A stretch of 64,000 nucleotides of DNA. Origin: Cyanobacteria bacterium P01_D01_bin.156 (GTDB taxonomy: Bacteria > Cyanobacteriota > Cyanobacteriia > Phormidesmidales > Phormidesmidaceae). The stretch spans positions 1-64,000 of the forward strand of contig JBCCQQ010000035.1 in NCBI GenBank assembly GCA_039024555.1, read 5' to 3'. Positions 63,573 to 64,000 of this stretch are shown here, one piece after another; the stretch's first letter is position 1, and the number at the start of each line of letters is the position of its first letter. The position numbers and the translations under genes are program-made. The notes below the pieces were generated by a model that ran no database searches, was not told the origin of the DNA, and saw only the letters and a list, made by a program, of their open reading frames with translations.

Positions 63573-64000
63573 TTACGATAAGAGTCTTTCAAGAAAAACC
63601 TTAATAACGCGATAATCGGAGTCTTGTTTGAGTTCTTCTAAAGCTGTTTGAGCCTCAGGTACATCAAAATGTATTAATAGTTGTGCGACTTTAGCTCGGA
63701 TGAGTGCATTACTATCGGTTGCTGCCTGAAGCAATATGTTAAGAGCTTCAGGAGCTTGTGCTGTTCCCCTTAATCTTTCCAAATTAGCAATTGCTGCTAA
63801 CTTAACTATTTGGTCCTCATCTTGGTAGCCTAAACGGCACAGTTGTACGAGGGCTGCAAAGCTTTCAGGATAGTCCAGTACAGGAAAAATGCTTTGTCGA
63901 ATCAGCCAATGAGAGTTTTTTTTGAACAGTGCTGTTAAGTGAGGAATAGCCTGCAACCCAAAATTAGCTAACGAATTAGCGACTTCGGCAATAACGTTCG
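63573..64000 (-). CDS. HEAT-repeat protein (NblB/phycobilin lyase-related); 5' end outside the window
   Basis: Frame open to the window edge: NVIAEVANSLANFGLQA..HWLIRQSI..LKQDSDYRVI. Confidence 0.75.
   Translation of the reverse strand, partial: NVIAEVANSLANFGLQAIPHLTALFKKNSHWLIRQSIFPVLDYPESFAALVQLCRLGYQDEDQIVKLAAIANLERLRGTAQAPEALNILLQAATDSNALIRAKVAQLLIHFDVPEAQTALEELKQDSDYRVIKVFLERLLS

Overview
Chromosomal segment of a cyanobacterium (scattered HIP1 GCGATCGC octamers; petJ, petE, petC, petA; the sequences look most like a filamentous Leptolyngbya-type strain, which is inference). Most of it is core genome: ftsH4, rel (RSH), mnmE, ssb, mreBCD, dtd, queD, ycf37, rplT/rpmI, prs, petCA, cysS, rsgA-tusA-dnaJ-dnaK-grpE, pilBTC, thiES. 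Standout elements: (1) at the left edge, a >1055-aa caspase-like peptidase + STAND NTPase + WD40 gene that the ORF track missed, with near-identical 126-bp repeats that vary at a few codons, head-to-head with a Trypco1/CU044_2847-like gene and bracketed by GTAG-type REP palindromes, i.e. a candidate NLR-like protease conflict module; (2) an intact GH13 alpha-amylase-like lipoprotein lacking two of the three catalytic carboxylates; (3) divergent petJ/petE; (4) a DUF4278-PirA-like gene with a glnA-type glutamine riboswitch and an NtcA box; (5) a reduced Pap-like (slr0144-slr0152-type) operon with two phycobiliprotein-fold proteins lacking the canonical chromophore Cys, two V4R proteins and a Ser/Thr kinase; (6) small decayed fragments near the right edge, including an IS1 end. 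I found no rRNA, tRNA or CRISPR array. All family assignments come from motif recognition, not database searches.
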